64,000 bases of DNA, from positions 76,632,001 to 76,696,000 of the forward strand of contig OX597830.1 of the NCBI GenBank assembly GCA_951406725.2, in the 5' to 3' direction. The DNA comes from Octopus vulgaris. Its lineage: Eukaryota. Below, piece after piece: positions 26,219 to 40,159 of this stretch (position 1 is the stretch's first letter; every line of letters starts with the position of its first letter). The notes below the pieces were generated by a model. That model was not told where the DNA came from. It did not search any database and was given only the letters and a program-made list of their open reading frames with translations. Both the position numbers and the translations under genes were made by a program.

Positions 26219-26862
26219 TCCGATTCTGCCAAACAGGAACAGCAACAGCAATTATAATAAATTATTTTATTTTCAAGGCTTTATTTCTCATCTTGGTTGA
26301 GGTAGACGGAAAGGAATAAGTTAACTCAAAACAGCAAAACAAGCTCCCACTACTATTGCTGTCTTCTGACTTTCTGATAATGGATACAATCTTCCATTGC
26401 AGGACTGTTTTCTTACAAGATGTTTTCACATGCATTTGTAAATACTTACATGCACTCACACACACACAGCAAACATACAACAAACATACAAACAGCGCAC
26501 ACACAGACACACACACAAACACACACGCACACACACACACACACACATATATATGTACGTATATATTTATAGAAGTCAAACACTTATAGAAATAAACAAA
26601 CGGGCGGAAAGATATACTAAATGCACTGAATGCACAGACGCACAGACACACAGACGAACGGAGAGCAAACACAGGTCACAAATTTCTCATCAGTTATCGA
26701 CTATATATATATATGTGTGTATGTGTGTGTGTATGTGTGTGTATGTACACAGGCATTCATATGAATAAATTTATTAAATATATATCTACATGCATACATA
26801 CAAGCATTCATACATATATATATACATACACATATATGTATATATATATATATGAATATAAG

Positions 26863-26908
<46 letters not shown>

Positions 26909-27111
26909 GGTAATCTAATCTGCATGCAATGAACGTAAAACAAAAAGTAAGTAAAAAATATACAACTATTGATAACAACATAAATATCAACAATGGTTCT
27001 TCCTAATGCGTTCAGCCTCTCCATCTTGAAAACGTATTACATTACATTATATAAGCTATACTTCAGTGTATTGGGCATTATGTTTGTTGAATTCCAGTAA
27101 TATACACCGAA

Positions 27112-27180
<69 letters not shown>

Positions 27181-27719
27181 TATATGGATAGATAGACCAG
27201 TGTATACTATGTTTAGGTAAGCACATATCAACGTGTTCGTGTTTGTATTTGCATCTATCTCTGTGTTGGTGTATTAGTGCGTGTTATTTTCTTGTTCCAA
27301 CAAAATCCAATCGCCATTACAATACAAGCCCTTCTCGTCTGTATGCAATCCCGAGGTCTCCCTCAGCTCTCACATTTTACTGCATCGATTTCTTCCCAAA
27401 CACAGCTGACAGTTAATATTGTTTTATTTCATTTTTCTTCCTTGCTGTATTTCATTTCTTCTCTCATTCTTTCCGTATTTCGTTTTTTTTTTTTGTTTTT
27501 TTTTTCATTCGTCCAGCCTATCTTCCTTTCACTGATAATCGTGATTTTGTTTCGCCTCATTTTTGAAAATAAATAAAATTAAATTAATCGTAATAATAGT
27601 GATATTTAGTCAGACACATTGTATATATTTTCCCTTCTACATTTTCGTTATTAACCATCATTTATCAAATTTTATACAATAGACACACATGTGTGAATAT
27701 AATGAACGTATGTGTGTGC

Positions 27720-28012
<293 letters not shown>

Positions 28013-28532
28013 CGATGTACATATGTATATACATAAATATGTATGTGTGTGTGTGTGAGTGAGTGTGTGTGCGCGTGTGTATATATGTATATATGTATGT
28101 ATGTATGCATGTATGTATGCATGTATTCTTAACTGAAGTCGTCCTTATAACATCTCCGCTGTTGGTGTGTTTGAATATTATTTTGACCCTTAGGTTTTCT
28201 TTATGCAAGACCGGTCCAGTCTAGCATTAACATTAAATATTTGTACAACATCGATTTATGGCTCTCTAATGTTTTGGTATTCCTGATGAAATCCACCTGA
28301 TTCAGTCTAAGCCTCTGGTTGGTTTACATGTAGCACATGTAGCACATCCACTGCCGTGTGAGCGCAAACTCTTCCCGATGCCCACACCTCCTATAAGGAC
28401 GGTTAAGTCACGTCACCGACTACTCGGCCAATACCATGTAGTAGCTAATTGCAATGTTACGAACTTGGAATTGGTCTTTGGTCTCACACATGCACGTAAA
28501 CACATGTACAAACACACACGAACATCTCCATG

Positions 28533-29809
28533 TTTTGGGTTCTCACATAAATTCTTTCGATTCTTTTTATTGTTATTTCAATTTACACGAAAATATTTTC
28601 ATCGCTGTGTTTTATCGATTTTTGTATATTTTTGCAGCTCTGTTCTTACCACACAAGTTTTCTTTGTTGTTTTTCAAATTTGAATAAAGTTTTTCTCTTT
28701 TCAGACATTTGATGAACGAAGCAGCAAGAACGAAAAATGTGTGTTTTCGACCCTTACTTCTCTTCGCTTTTAAACACGGTTAGAATGCTGCCAAATCTGC
28801 TTGGGACATTTGTGCTGCACATAGAGAACTGTACAGTAATGGCTCCCACATTTCAAAGGGAGGAAATTCGACCTCACAACCTCTCCGCATTCCTACCCGC
28901 CTGTTAAATACAACGAGGATCAATTGAACCTACTGAAGTACCAGAATCTGAGCAAGTTCGCTAGGGAATTGATCCAGGAGATGGAAAGGATCCTCTCATG
29001 ATGCCGTCGCTCGTCACCTTCACTTAATGGTAAGGTCCCAAACCCTGATGCTTGGGTGTCAAACGCTCTGAACAAAGAAACAAACTCCAGTGCTCTTCTG
29101 GCGTCGCCAGCTTGTTCGCTCTACGCTTGACTACGCATGGTCTCTTTACTTCATCATCACTGGCGAATAAAACTGGTGTCTTTACAGTAATATGAATCGG
29201 AAGAAAGAATGTATGAGTCTAGAGAAGCCAAGAGCACCTTGAGCTAAGCTAGAACTACGTCTACACAAGACAATGACCAGCATTTGGTGGAACTCTAAAG
29301 AGCTAATCTACTACAAAATGTTTGAAAAAAAAAAAACCTCACGAGATCAGTGCAGAGCTTTTACGCTCAGCAAATGTATTGGCGTAACGAGGTTTTTCGA
29401 ATGAAATGACCCGACCAGTATTCAACTTGAAAATGCTCTCCCCATTTCACTTAGTTGACCAAAGAGAACTATTCGAGAACTCGGTTGGGACGTTCTACCG
29501 CCCCCATTGTATTCTCCTAGTATAACGCCTTCAGATTATCACTTACTGCATTCGCTCTTCTACAGTCTGTGTAGCATTTCTTTCAACAGCGACGTGGAAC
29601 TGAAAGAAGTGATCGATGTATTCTTCGAGTAATGACCCGGAGATTTCTACTTTCATGATTTTGACAAGCTAGAGGAACATTAGCAAGAAATTGTGACCAA
29701 TGAAGGAAAATATATTATTAACTGATTTATTGAAAGATTGTTGATGAAAAATACGGATTGAAATATGCAGAGCAAAAACAACAAAGGAATTTAAGCCAAT
29801 TATCTAATA
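28533..29809 (+). mobile_element. Decayed mariner-family DNA transposon (~1.28 kb)
   Basis: Degenerate translations FRPLLLFAF..NAAKSAWDICA (HTH), AWVSNAL (WVPHxL), IITGE*NWCLY (TGDEKW) and PPLYSPSITPSDYHLL (YSPDLAPSDY). The TIRs are eroded. Confidence 0.85.
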
Positions 29810-29826
29810 ATCATATATATATATAT

Positions 29827-30035
29827 AGTATTAATATAATAGATGGGAGGAGAAAAGATTTTATTGGGTACGACACATGTTTCGACCCGTTCTGGGGCTC
29901 TTCGTGTACATCAATAAAATGTTTTACGAGAGATTTCCTGATTTTTATTGATGCACCCGAAGAGACCCAGAACGGGTCGAAACATGTGTTGTACCCAATA
30001 AAATCTTTTCTCCTTCCATCTATTTTATTAATACT
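29827..30035. repeat. Foldback cassette with a hammerhead-like motif in each arm
   Basis: ~88-bp arms. + arm: GCAC-CCGAAGA-GACCC AGAAC GGGTC-GAAAC-ATGT-GTT-GTAC (29953-29994). - arm: GTAC-ACGAAGA-GCCCC..GGGTC-GAAAC-ATGT-GTC-GTAC (29868-29909). Confidence 0.85.
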
Positions 30036-30698
30036 GTTACCCCCTACCGCCACCACGAAGTTCCTGCAATAAATCTACGGATAACAACAGGTAATCGAAA
30101 ATGTGCTGGTGCTTTATTCATCATCTATTTGTACATTTAGTATAATTTTTTCCATTATTGTATATATATATTCTCTTATTTTCTAATTGACTGCGGCCAT
30201 GCTGGAGGTCAATATAATCGACTGGCCTCTTACCCTCCAAAATTTCGGGCCTGGTGCTTAGAGTAGAAAAGATTATTTCTGAGGGTCAAATCCAGAAAGA
30301 AATGAAAATTTAGTGAGTTATCAGCAATTAAAATGTGTATACATTTTTGGGAGACACAATACAAACATGTGTGTGTATGTGTGCGTGCGCGCGTGTGTGT
30401 CGATATGTATTATTTTGGGCGTGCATGTGTGTGTGTGAGTGTGAATAGGTATTTTATTGAAGTGAATCTGAAACTTGAGTTGTGACTCAAATTTCAGGCC
30501 AATGCGATCAGCAGGAATTCTTACTCGCTTGAAGATCGCAGTGGTGTGAAACTTGATTCGCGAGAAAAACTCTCAATTTCTATGTGAGTAGGAAAAACAA
30601 CTGTCTCCTTTACAATATGTATTGAGCATATCTCGTTTGTCCGAGATATATGCTAGAGTGTACATATATTCATGTATACATACATACATGCATACACG

Positions 30699-30730
<32 letters not shown>

Positions 30731-30873
30731 CATATAGAAACAAGGGCAAAAGTTGTATATAAATTTAACCTTTAAAGGTATTTTTTAATATGCTGGCCAT
30801 TGATAAACTTTTTTCGAAAAATGTTATCCTATATTAGATATATATACATACATATATATATATATAGATATAT

Positions 30874-30956
<83 letters not shown>

Positions 30957-31929
30957 GTATGTATGTAAAGCAGAGTTTTGTGTGGAGGCGTGTGTGTGTG
31001 TCTGTGTGTGGTGTGTATGTTCCTTGTAGAATCCAAAACCGAATTGCTGATTTTGACGTATGAGGTATCACAAGATTCAGTAATCGTTCGGCATTCAAAT
31101 GAAGTATGTTTTCTGACAATTGTTTTTTTTTTTACCGCAACAATAATCCCGAGTACGAGGTCGGGTTGCACAATTTGAGGTCATTTTCCGCAATATTTGT
31201 ATTTGCTTCTAATCTACGTTGCCAATTTTAATGTTTTCGGACTCAAAAAATGCAACAATGTTCAAGAAATATTATGAGTACATTTGTGATGCACAAAACC
31301 GTATTTGTCAACGGAAAATGACCAAAAATCATGCTTTCTTGGAACAATTATTGGCATATTTTCCGTCAATAATGGTCAGTGTGAACGTCTTCAGTATTCC
31401 ATGATTAAATACTGTCTTTGAAATATTGTGATACCATTTCTTTGCACAAAGCTCTAGTTTTCAACAGAAAATTGACCGATGATCCGTGTTTGTGGCATAA
31501 TTGTGATCGCTTTTGGCATCGCTACCAAAGACAATTTTGCCCATGTAGATTTTCTTTGTAGCAAACGACTATGGGATTCTAAAGAAGCGTTCTCAGGTTT
31601 AAATTCAATAAAGTTTTTCTTAGGATTGCGCATAGTAAGAGCCTATATTTGTTCAAGTGTGGTAAAGACGTGAGGCAATGATTAAAACCTTTCGAGCTTT
31701 TTTGCCTTTATTCAACCCAATTTATGTAAAGTTGTTTATTATTCATTCCATATGTCGCAAAGTTCGTAAAGATTTTCTTACATCTCCGTAACCCGCGACT
31801 CGGCAAAAAGAGACCGATAAAATAATCACTAGGCTGATGCCCTGCGGTCGACTTGTTCGACTAAAGCCCTTCGAGGCACTACTACAGCTTGTAAAAAAAT
31901 ATATTAGCCGTAATAGAAGGACAGATAGT

Positions 31930-33327
31930 GAGAGAGTGTGAGAGTGTGTGAGAGAGAGAAAGAGAAAGAGAGAGAGAGAGAAAGAGAAACTGAGAGAGTG
32001 TGAGAGAGAGAAAGAGAGAGGGAAAGAGAAAGAGAAAGGGGAGAGTGACAAAGGGAGAGAGAGAGAAGAGGAGAGAAAGAAAGGGAGAGAGAGAAAAATG
32101 GTAATGGTTGTGTTGTTGTTGTTGGTGGTGGGGATGGGTGTGATGATTGTGGTGATGGTGTTGGTGGTGATGGTTGTGATGGCGGTGATGTTGGTTGTAA
32201 TGGTGGAGGTGGTGATAGTAGTGATGGTGGTGATGGTGGTGTTGGCGTTGTTGGTGGTGTTGGTGTTGTTGTTGGTGGTGTTGGTGGTGTTGTTGGTAGT
32301 AATGATGGTGGTGATGGGGGTGTTGGTGTTGGTGGTGATGGTAGTGTTGTTGTTGGTACTGGTGGTGATGGTGATGATGGTGGTGATGGTAGTGTTGTTG
32401 GTGGTGGTGGTAGTAATGATGGTGGTTTGCGTTGTGGTTGTATCTCTGTGCTAGAGTTTCACCCTTGATGACAGTGGTAGTTTCAAGGTGGTGATCATCG
32501 GAGTACAGGTACGTAGGGGCCATTAGTGGTGATAGTTGTAGTATTACTGTTGTTGCTGTTGTTGCTGTTGTAGCTAGGGGAAGTATGAAAATGATGGTTA
32601 GTCACAGTATAGGTGTTTGTATTAGTAGTGGTGGTAATTGTGATGATGATAATAATAGTACTGGTACTAGTGCTGTTGCTGTTGTTGTTACTGATGTTGG
32701 CAGGACTAGTATGAAGAAGATGGCTAGTGGTAGTGTATGTATGGATGGTGATAGTAGTGGCTTTGAAGGTGTTGGTGGTGGTTGTAATAGTGTTGACTCT
32801 GGTGGTGGCGCTAGTAGGATTGCGCTAAGAATGTTGTTTGTTGCTATAATGATTGTTAAGAAGTTACTGTTGTGCGGATGATGATGATAATGATGATGAC
32901 GATGAGGATGACGACGATCATGATAGTGTTGATGATGATGATGGCTAGGGTGACGGTAACGGTGACGACGATGACGGCGGTGCGACGACGATGACGACGA
33001 AGAGGATGATGATGACGATGACGAAGACGATTGTGATAGTGCTGAAGATTGTGATGATGATGATGATGATGATGATGATGACGAGGACGACGACGACAAT
33101 GATGATGTCACCGAATCTGATCATGATAGTATTGATAAGGACGAAGATGATGATGATGAGGAGGAGGAGGAGGATTATGATGATGACGACAATAACGGCG
33201 ACGATGACGATAATGATGATGATGACTACGACGTAGATGATGATAGTGTCGATGATGATGATGATGATGATGACGAGGACGTCGCCGACGATGACAACGA
33301 CGACGATGATTAGTAAGGGTGATGATG

Positions 33328-33360
<33 letters not shown>

Positions 33361-33410
33361 GTGAGGAAGGCAATGATGCTGCTATAGCTGAGGATGCTGA
33401 TGATGACATT
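31930..33410. repeat. Compound low-complexity tract: (GA)n, (GGT/GTT)n, (GAT/GAC)n
   Basis: Direct reading; source of the poly-H/V/M/I pseudo-ORFs. Confidence 0.9.
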
Positions 33411-33739
33411 ATCCGTAGTCCTTAAAGAGCGAAGATAGTTTAATTTTCCCTTAGATTTCCAATGTGTCATTTGATGGGGGGACAGGGTTGGTGAGGCTAA
33501 GCCAGGGAAGGTGGGTACGGCGGGATAAGCGGCTAATCTGTTTCTAATTATCCCCACATCGAAATAACAAACAAATAAACAAAAGGTAAATAAATAAATA
33601 AATAAACACAGTAGTCACACTCCTGTGTGATTTATTGTAAATGTAGCGAGGATTCAGTTATCTAGCTGATACTCCTTCCCAGCCTTTATCACAACACCCC
33701 ACACTCAAACACACTCACGTTCGTGTAGTATAAATACAC

Positions 33740-33867
<128 letters not shown>

Positions 33868-33878
33868 CACACACACAC

Positions 33879-33911
<33 letters not shown>

Positions 33912-34715
33912 TACATACACATATAATACACTATATATGTGTATGGATATGCGTATGTATATATACATACACACAGATATTTGTAGACATACACATCAGC
34001 ACATACTTATCATGCCTATGTGAATATATATTCACACGCAGACACACACACGCACCCACGCGCACACGCACATACATATGTATGTATGTATGTTTATTGT
34101 GTGTATATACCAACAATAGAAATTCACGAATGCACATATATACACTCACATCGACCACTAAATAATACATACTCTGATGATGCACAAAATCACAAGCATT
34201 CATTCATATATATATATACACAGATACTATTACACATAGACGAATAACAATTACACACACACACACACACACATACACACCTATAGACATACAAACACAA
34301 AAACTAATACACACACACATATACACATACACCACTCTTACATACATACGTCAATGACAATCGTTGCTCCCAAAGTGTGAAAACAAATGAGTGTTGGAAA
34401 TAAATCAAATGAAGAGACAATGAAAATAAATGGCGAAGCGACACAAGACAAAGAGTTTTAAGAGACAAATACAAAATTTAATAATATTGTCCTCTGCCAC
34501 TCTGTTTTAGCCACTGAAGTGCGGCCATGCTGGGGTTCCGTCTAGAAATGTTTAGTCGGTCATATGGAATCCAGTATTTATTTTCTAGTCTACATTTATT
34601 GGTATATAATTATGTAATCGAAAAGCTATGGAAGATTAGCATTACGGATGGTTAAGCGGTGTAAACGGTTGAACAGATCCATTTATACATGCATATACAG
34701 ATAGACACTCAGACA

Positions 34716-34746
<31 letters not shown>

Positions 34747-34761
34747 GCACACATCAACTAA

Positions 34762-34995
34762 GCGGTGAGCTAGCAGAATCGTTAGCACGTCGGGCGAAAT
34801 GCTTAGCGGTATTTCGGCTGCCGTTACGTACTGAGTTAAGATTCCGCCGAGGTCGACTTTGCCTTTCATCCTTTCGGGGTCGATAAATTAAGTACCAGTT
34901 AAGCACTGGGGTCGATATAATCGACTTAATACCTATGTATGTCCATGTTTGTCTCCTCTATGTTTAGCCCCTTGTGGGTAATAAAGAAATAGGTA
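34762..34995 (+). mobile_element. SINE family B
   Basis: GCGGTGAGCTAGCAGAATCGTTAGCAC..AAAGAAATAGGTA. Confidence 0.85.
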
Positions 34996-35636
34996 CTACG
35001 TCGGTTGCGGTGACGAGGGTTCCTGTTGATCCGAACAACGGAACAGCTGGCTCGTGAAATTAACGTACAATGCGTATCATAGACATACATATTTCTATCT
35101 TTTTTACCTTAAAAATAAAATAAATATTTAACATAATAAATGGGTTGTATGACATAATCCTAATGTTTTAAGTTTCTAATTTAGATAATGGAGTTTTTTT
35201 ATAAGAAAAATTATTATTCTATTTATTTCTTAAAAAATAATGTTTAACTATATTTGCTTATTTATTTAACTATTGTCATTAACCTGAAGATTTTTGAAGG
35301 ATGACAATCATTTCTAGATTAAGTTTAAGCAGTGGTGAGTATGAAAGTTTGAGATTTTCCTCATAGATTATACAGGGTGGCCCAAAAGTAGGTTTACAAT
35401 TATTCAACTATCTCTTTCATATCCATATATTAACAGCTGAGATATAATTATAAACAGAAAAATGAAACCATTATTCTATGCTAATTTAGTTAATTTTGTC
35501 AAGCTCCCTTTTCAGTTGATAATAAGAGAGTACCTTAACGAAGTCTTTCCACAGCGTTGGTTTGGAAGACGAGTCAGTATCGAATGGCCACCACGTTCAC
35601 CTAACCTGACACCAATGGATTTCGATTTGGTGGGAG

Positions 35637-35668
35637 GGGTTAGGGTTAGGGTTAGGGTTAGGGTTAGG
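35637..35668 (+). repeat. Interstitial telomere-type repeat (TTAGGG)4-5
   Basis: GGGTTAGGGTTAGGGTTAGGGTTAGGGTTAGG inside the transposase remnant. Confidence 0.9.
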
Positions 35669-35809
35669 AACAGGGTTTATGAGAAGAATCCCAAAACAGT
35701 AAATGAATTAAAAGATTACATTTCTGATACATTCACTGAAATTGATGGAGATCGGAATTTGTGCCGCACTGTGTGTCAGGGTGTCCTGAAATGGTTTGAA
35801 AAATTTTGT

Positions 35810-36320
35810 AAGCTACTGGGAAAGACTCAAGAGATTAAAACTATATTCCCTGGAGCGTAGGCGGGAAAGATATGCCATAATATACATCTGGAAGATCCTG
35901 GAGGGACGTGTCCTGAACTTTGGCATCGAGAGTTACGCAAATGCCAGAACTGGGCGCCACTGCGTGGTGCATAGGACTCCAAACTTGCCATCAAGATGTA
36001 GGACAAGATTCTGTGATAGCCTGGGCTTCCGAGGCCCACAGCTCTTCAATATCCTCCCGAAGAACCTGAGAGACCTGCATGGGGTGGATGCAGATGTCTT
36101 TAAAATGAAGCTGGATCTCTTCCTGTCAGGTGTCCCAGATGAACCAACTTCACGGCAGGAGGGGCAGATGAGGGCAGCTGCGTCGAACTCTCTCATGCAC
36201 CAAATGGCAGTTGCTAGAAAGCTTTCGTGAAGTGAAACCAAGTAGCAACACCAAATGGCGGTGCCCCAGCATGGCCACAGCTCATAAGCTGAAACTAGAA
36301 TCAATCAATCAATCAATCAA
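35810..36320 (+). mobile_element. 5'-truncated CR1-like LINE (C-terminal ORF2, 3' UTR, (TCAA)n tail)
   Basis: SYWERLKRLKLYSLERRRERYAIIYIWKILEG..GPQLFNILP..FKMKLDLFLSGVPDEP is homologous to the end of ORF 49956..51272. The tail is (TCAA)5. Confidence 0.9.
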
Positions 36321-36529
36321 TGCTGAAAGAGGACATTTTGAGCATCTGAGAGATTAAACGTTGTCTTTTTAAGATGTGCATAAACAATATGATTGTAAGA
36401 TAGAAATTTAAATGTAATAAAATGTTTAAAAAGGAATTTGAAGTGCCTTCGTGATAATTGTAAGCCTACTTTGGGGCCACACTGTACAAGGTGTACCGAG
36501 TAGAGTGTATAATTTATCTTTTCTTTTAT

Positions 36530-36750
36530 CTTTTAGTTGCTTCAGTCATTAGACTACTGCCATGCTGGGGCACCGTTTCCAAGAACTTTACACGAACGAA
36601 TAAACCCAGTACTTGAATGTTTTAAAGCTTGGTACTTATTTGTACGGTCCCTTTTGTCGAACCGCTGGATTACGGATAGGTAAACAGACCAACTCTGGCT
36701 GACAAGCGGTGGTGCGGTAGGACAAACACAGACAAAAAGACACACACACA
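36530..36750 (-). mobile_element. SINE family A 3' half, diverged
   Basis: TTCAGTCATTAGACT..CATGCTGGGGCACCG..GAACCGCT..GGACAAACACAGACA. Confidence 0.7.
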
Positions 36751-36753
36751 CTC

Positions 36754-36784
<31 letters not shown>

Positions 36785-36890
36785 TTATTATTATTTGAGG
36801 GAATAAATCCAAACTTACGAGGTAAAAGAATTCAATTTAGAAATACTAAATCAAATTCCACGCAATATAATGTATATATAAAATATTAGA

Positions 36891-37123
36891 ATAAAACCAC
36901 ATATTATCAATTCAAAATGAATAATAAAATTACTCCATCTAGAAAATTACATATAATAGAAAAGTTAAAATTAAAATAACAAAAATAGTATAATGTATAT
37001 ACATTATTTTATTTTTGTAATTTACTTAATCTTTACTTTTTATTGTTATTTTAATTTTAACTTTATTATATGTAATTTTCTAGATGGTGTGATTTAATTA
37101 TTCATTTTGAATTGATAGAAGGT

Positions 37124-37128
<5 letters not shown>
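36891..37128. repeat. AT-rich foldback cassette between (TA)n tracts
   Basis: AAACCAC..TATCAATTCAAAATGAATAAT..CCATCTAGAAAATTACATATAATA pairs with TATTATATGTAATTTTCTAGATGG..ATTATTCATTTTGAATTGATA..GTGGTTT. Confidence 0.85.
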
Positions 37129-37185
<57 letters not shown>

Positions 37186-37186
<1 letters not shown>

Positions 37187-37388
37187 TGTTGTGACTGAGG
37201 AAAGTCATTCTCTTTTAGTGCCTTATAATTTAACACACTCACCGGTAACATTTCCGCTCATTTACTTATTTATTTTTCTAAAATTTTCTCTGTGTCTTGC
37301 AGCCTTTTCAACAACTATTGTAAAGGTTGCTAGACGAAACGAAAATCATAAGGCACTAAAAGAGAATGTCTCTCTCCAGACACAACAG
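37186..37388. repeat. Short cassette with ~40-bp terminal inverted repeats, next to (TA)n
   Basis: CTGTTGTG..CATTCTCTTTTAGTGCCTTAT / ATAAGGCACTAAAAGAGAATG..CACAACAG. Confidence 0.8.
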
Positions 37389-40159
37389 AGTATGCTTCAA
37401 CACACGAACTCACATAAAGAATCTTGCGAAACAAATCTAAAAGCAAAATAAATATATGACGAACTTCTCTCAGATTCCGTCTAACGAATCAGATCTCAAG
37501 TCTTTAGTCGGTCCGAGAATTTAGTAGAAAATCGCTTGTCCAAGGTACCACACAGTGGAACTGAACGCGGAACCCTGAGGTTGGGAAGCAACCGTCTTAT
37601 CACGCAGTTACACCTGTGCTTATGAATACATTTGATTTTTTTTTTGTTCTTCCTTTTCTGTTATTTTGTATACATTAAATTAAAACTTAACTAAATAAAT
37701 GATGAATATAAAATGTGAAAATGATAGATAGAAGGGGAGATAGTGGAGAGTCGGCGGCATTTGACTTCTATAATGAGACAAAGGGAGAGGGAGAGAGCGA
37801 CGTAGAGAGAGAGGGACAGAGAGAGACGGGGAGAGAGATGGTGTGAGTGAATGAGTGAGAGAGAGGGAGAACAGAATTGCAATAGGGTAATTTATGACTT
37901 GGTCCAGGCAGTGATGTTGCCACAATACTTAAACCACTTCAAAGGTCTCGTCTACAGGAGCCGCTCACTAGCAAAACGATCAGATGACCAGCGACATAAT
38001 CGCCACCACCTCCACCTCCACCACTTCTCCCAACCAACACGTCCAACACCACTACCGATGCGACCCGACACTTATTCTCAATTTTAAAAATAAAAATAAA
38101 AATAAAGTAAATAAAGAAAGATAAAAAAAAATAGATTAAAAGCATTTGCCGACACCTTTCGACCTTATTCTATTTCTTATCCTGTTTTTCATTTTAACCC
38201 ACCCACCCCCTCCAGCCCGCGCCATGTACACAGATACATCAGCCATTTGCTTAATTCTGTTGATGCTGCTATTGGGTTTGTTGTTAATGCTGTTGATGGT
38301 AGTGGTGGTGGTGGTGTTGGTGGTGGTGGTGATGGTGCTGGCGTTGGCGAGGATGGAAGTTTGTTTTTATTGTTAATATTTTGAAAGTTAAAAAAAAAAT
38401 TTCCTGGCCTTCTCTTCATGCTCACTTTCCCTCTTTTTCACTCCACTGTGTCCCTTTCATTTTTTCTCGCTCCTCCTTAATTCTTCTATCCCTCTGCCTC
38501 TACCCCTCTCTCTTCTCCCCCACGTGACCGATGTTCGGCCAAGACTGACCTTTCTTTCTTGGTTCGACTACCATCCGTGCAACATCTATATTCCTCCCTG
38601 TGCCTGTCAAATCGTATGTTCCTCTCGTAAGGCTTTACTTCCACACACGCCATCTTAATTTAATTCGTCCTTAGTCGAAAGACACCTGTTGTTATGTCTT
38701 GTTATTTGCATTTGTGTTTGTGTAACATTTCTCCGTTTTTTTTTTACCGTCCTTGTTTTCGTATACATTCGCTGCTTTATTCCAAGGAATCTAATGTCCT
38801 TAGCTTAGTTTTTCCTTGAGGCTAGCCAAATTAGATCAATATCGAGTATAACCGGCCGAAATTGCAACGATAATCTGGGAATTCGACTAAGGAAAGTAAA
38901 CACCGAATGACCCATCTTTGTTTTCTCTTTATCGTCTGTCTGGATGCTTTACGTTCTTGTTCAATTTTTGTATTATATATATATATATTGTTGTGTCTGC
39001 GGATAGTTATATATCGTGTTAAAACATTGTCTAGCACACTCACTCATTTCATTCGATTTCCATTCATTTATTATTTATATTTTGTTTTCTTCCAAAATAT
39101 AAAAATAAATGAATGGAACACTCGAATTCTCATAAAGAATCTTGCAAACCAGATACAAAAACGAAGTATATATGTATGTGTGTGTGTTTGTGTGTGTGAG
39201 TTTCTGTTTGTGTGCGTGTGTTTGTGTTTGTGTGTGTGTAAGTATGTACGTACGTACGTATACATGTGTGAGTGTATGCGTGTTTGTGTGTGTGTGTTTG
39301 TGTTTGTGTGTGTGTAAGTATGTACGTACGTATATATATGTGTGAGTGTGTGTGTGTGTATGTATGTTGATGGTAAGATGCTTTCAGTTTCCGTCAAACA
39401 CTTCATTCACAGGGTATTTGTCATACCGGAGATATAGTAGAGAACCGTTGCCCGGTGTGATGGTACTGACCACGAAAACAAGTGGATGCGAAGAAAAATT
39501 TATTGATCACACAACCATGCCTACGTGTATATATTTGTATTTTCTATATATAAGTGTGTGTATGTATGTGTATATGTATGTCATTATTCAGTTTGTTTTA
39601 AGAATTCTTTCCAAAATAGGAAGAACAGGTTTCTAACCTAGATCCACGGCTCGTTCATTGGAATTTCAACATCAATAAAAGTGCATTTTTGCATGTATGT
39701 ATTTATGTATGTATGTATGTATGTATGTATGTATGTATGTATGTATGTATGTACGTATATATGTGTCTATGTCAGCATGCATGCATGCATGTGTGTGTGC
39801 GCGTATGCATTGTATGCATATATATATAAACGTTATATAAAAGTTATAAGGATTTATACACAGAGAGGCGACCCTTGACAGGACGCCTTACATGCTAGAT
39901 AGTGCAGTCAAACCCAAATCATATATATTTCTTCTCTGCTAATTATATTGACAGACAAATAGTACTTAGTGCAGCTTGTGTTTCTGAGTCTGACAGCGAT
40001 TATAAACAGCATATTTGGGCTAAATGTGACGATTTTGGGGTCCTTAATTTCATTTTCAGGAGTAGCTTGATGTGTTGGTGAAAATTCAATGGCGCTGGAG
40101 AGCCTGAAGGTTAAAGTTGTAGTTGAGAAACAGGCCTGTAAGCCATCCGTGTATTGTCT

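Larger units (their letters stand above)
35373..36484 (+). mobile_element. Internally deleted Tc1/mariner-superfamily transposon with TIRs and TA TSD, interrupted by a LINE
   Basis: TA|CAGGGTGGCCCAAAAGTAGGTTTACAATTAT ... ATAATTGTAAGCCTACTTTGGGGCCACACTG|TA. Transposase C-terminus REYLNEVFPQRWFGR..EWPPRSPNLTPMDF, resuming as AERGHFEHLRD* after the LINE. Confidence 0.92.

Noticed and set aside
31882-33557. His/Gln-rich and Val/Met-rich ORFs as transcription-factor exons
   Set aside because: Compound (GGT)/(GAT) low complexity open on both strands, with no recognisable domain or splice evidence.
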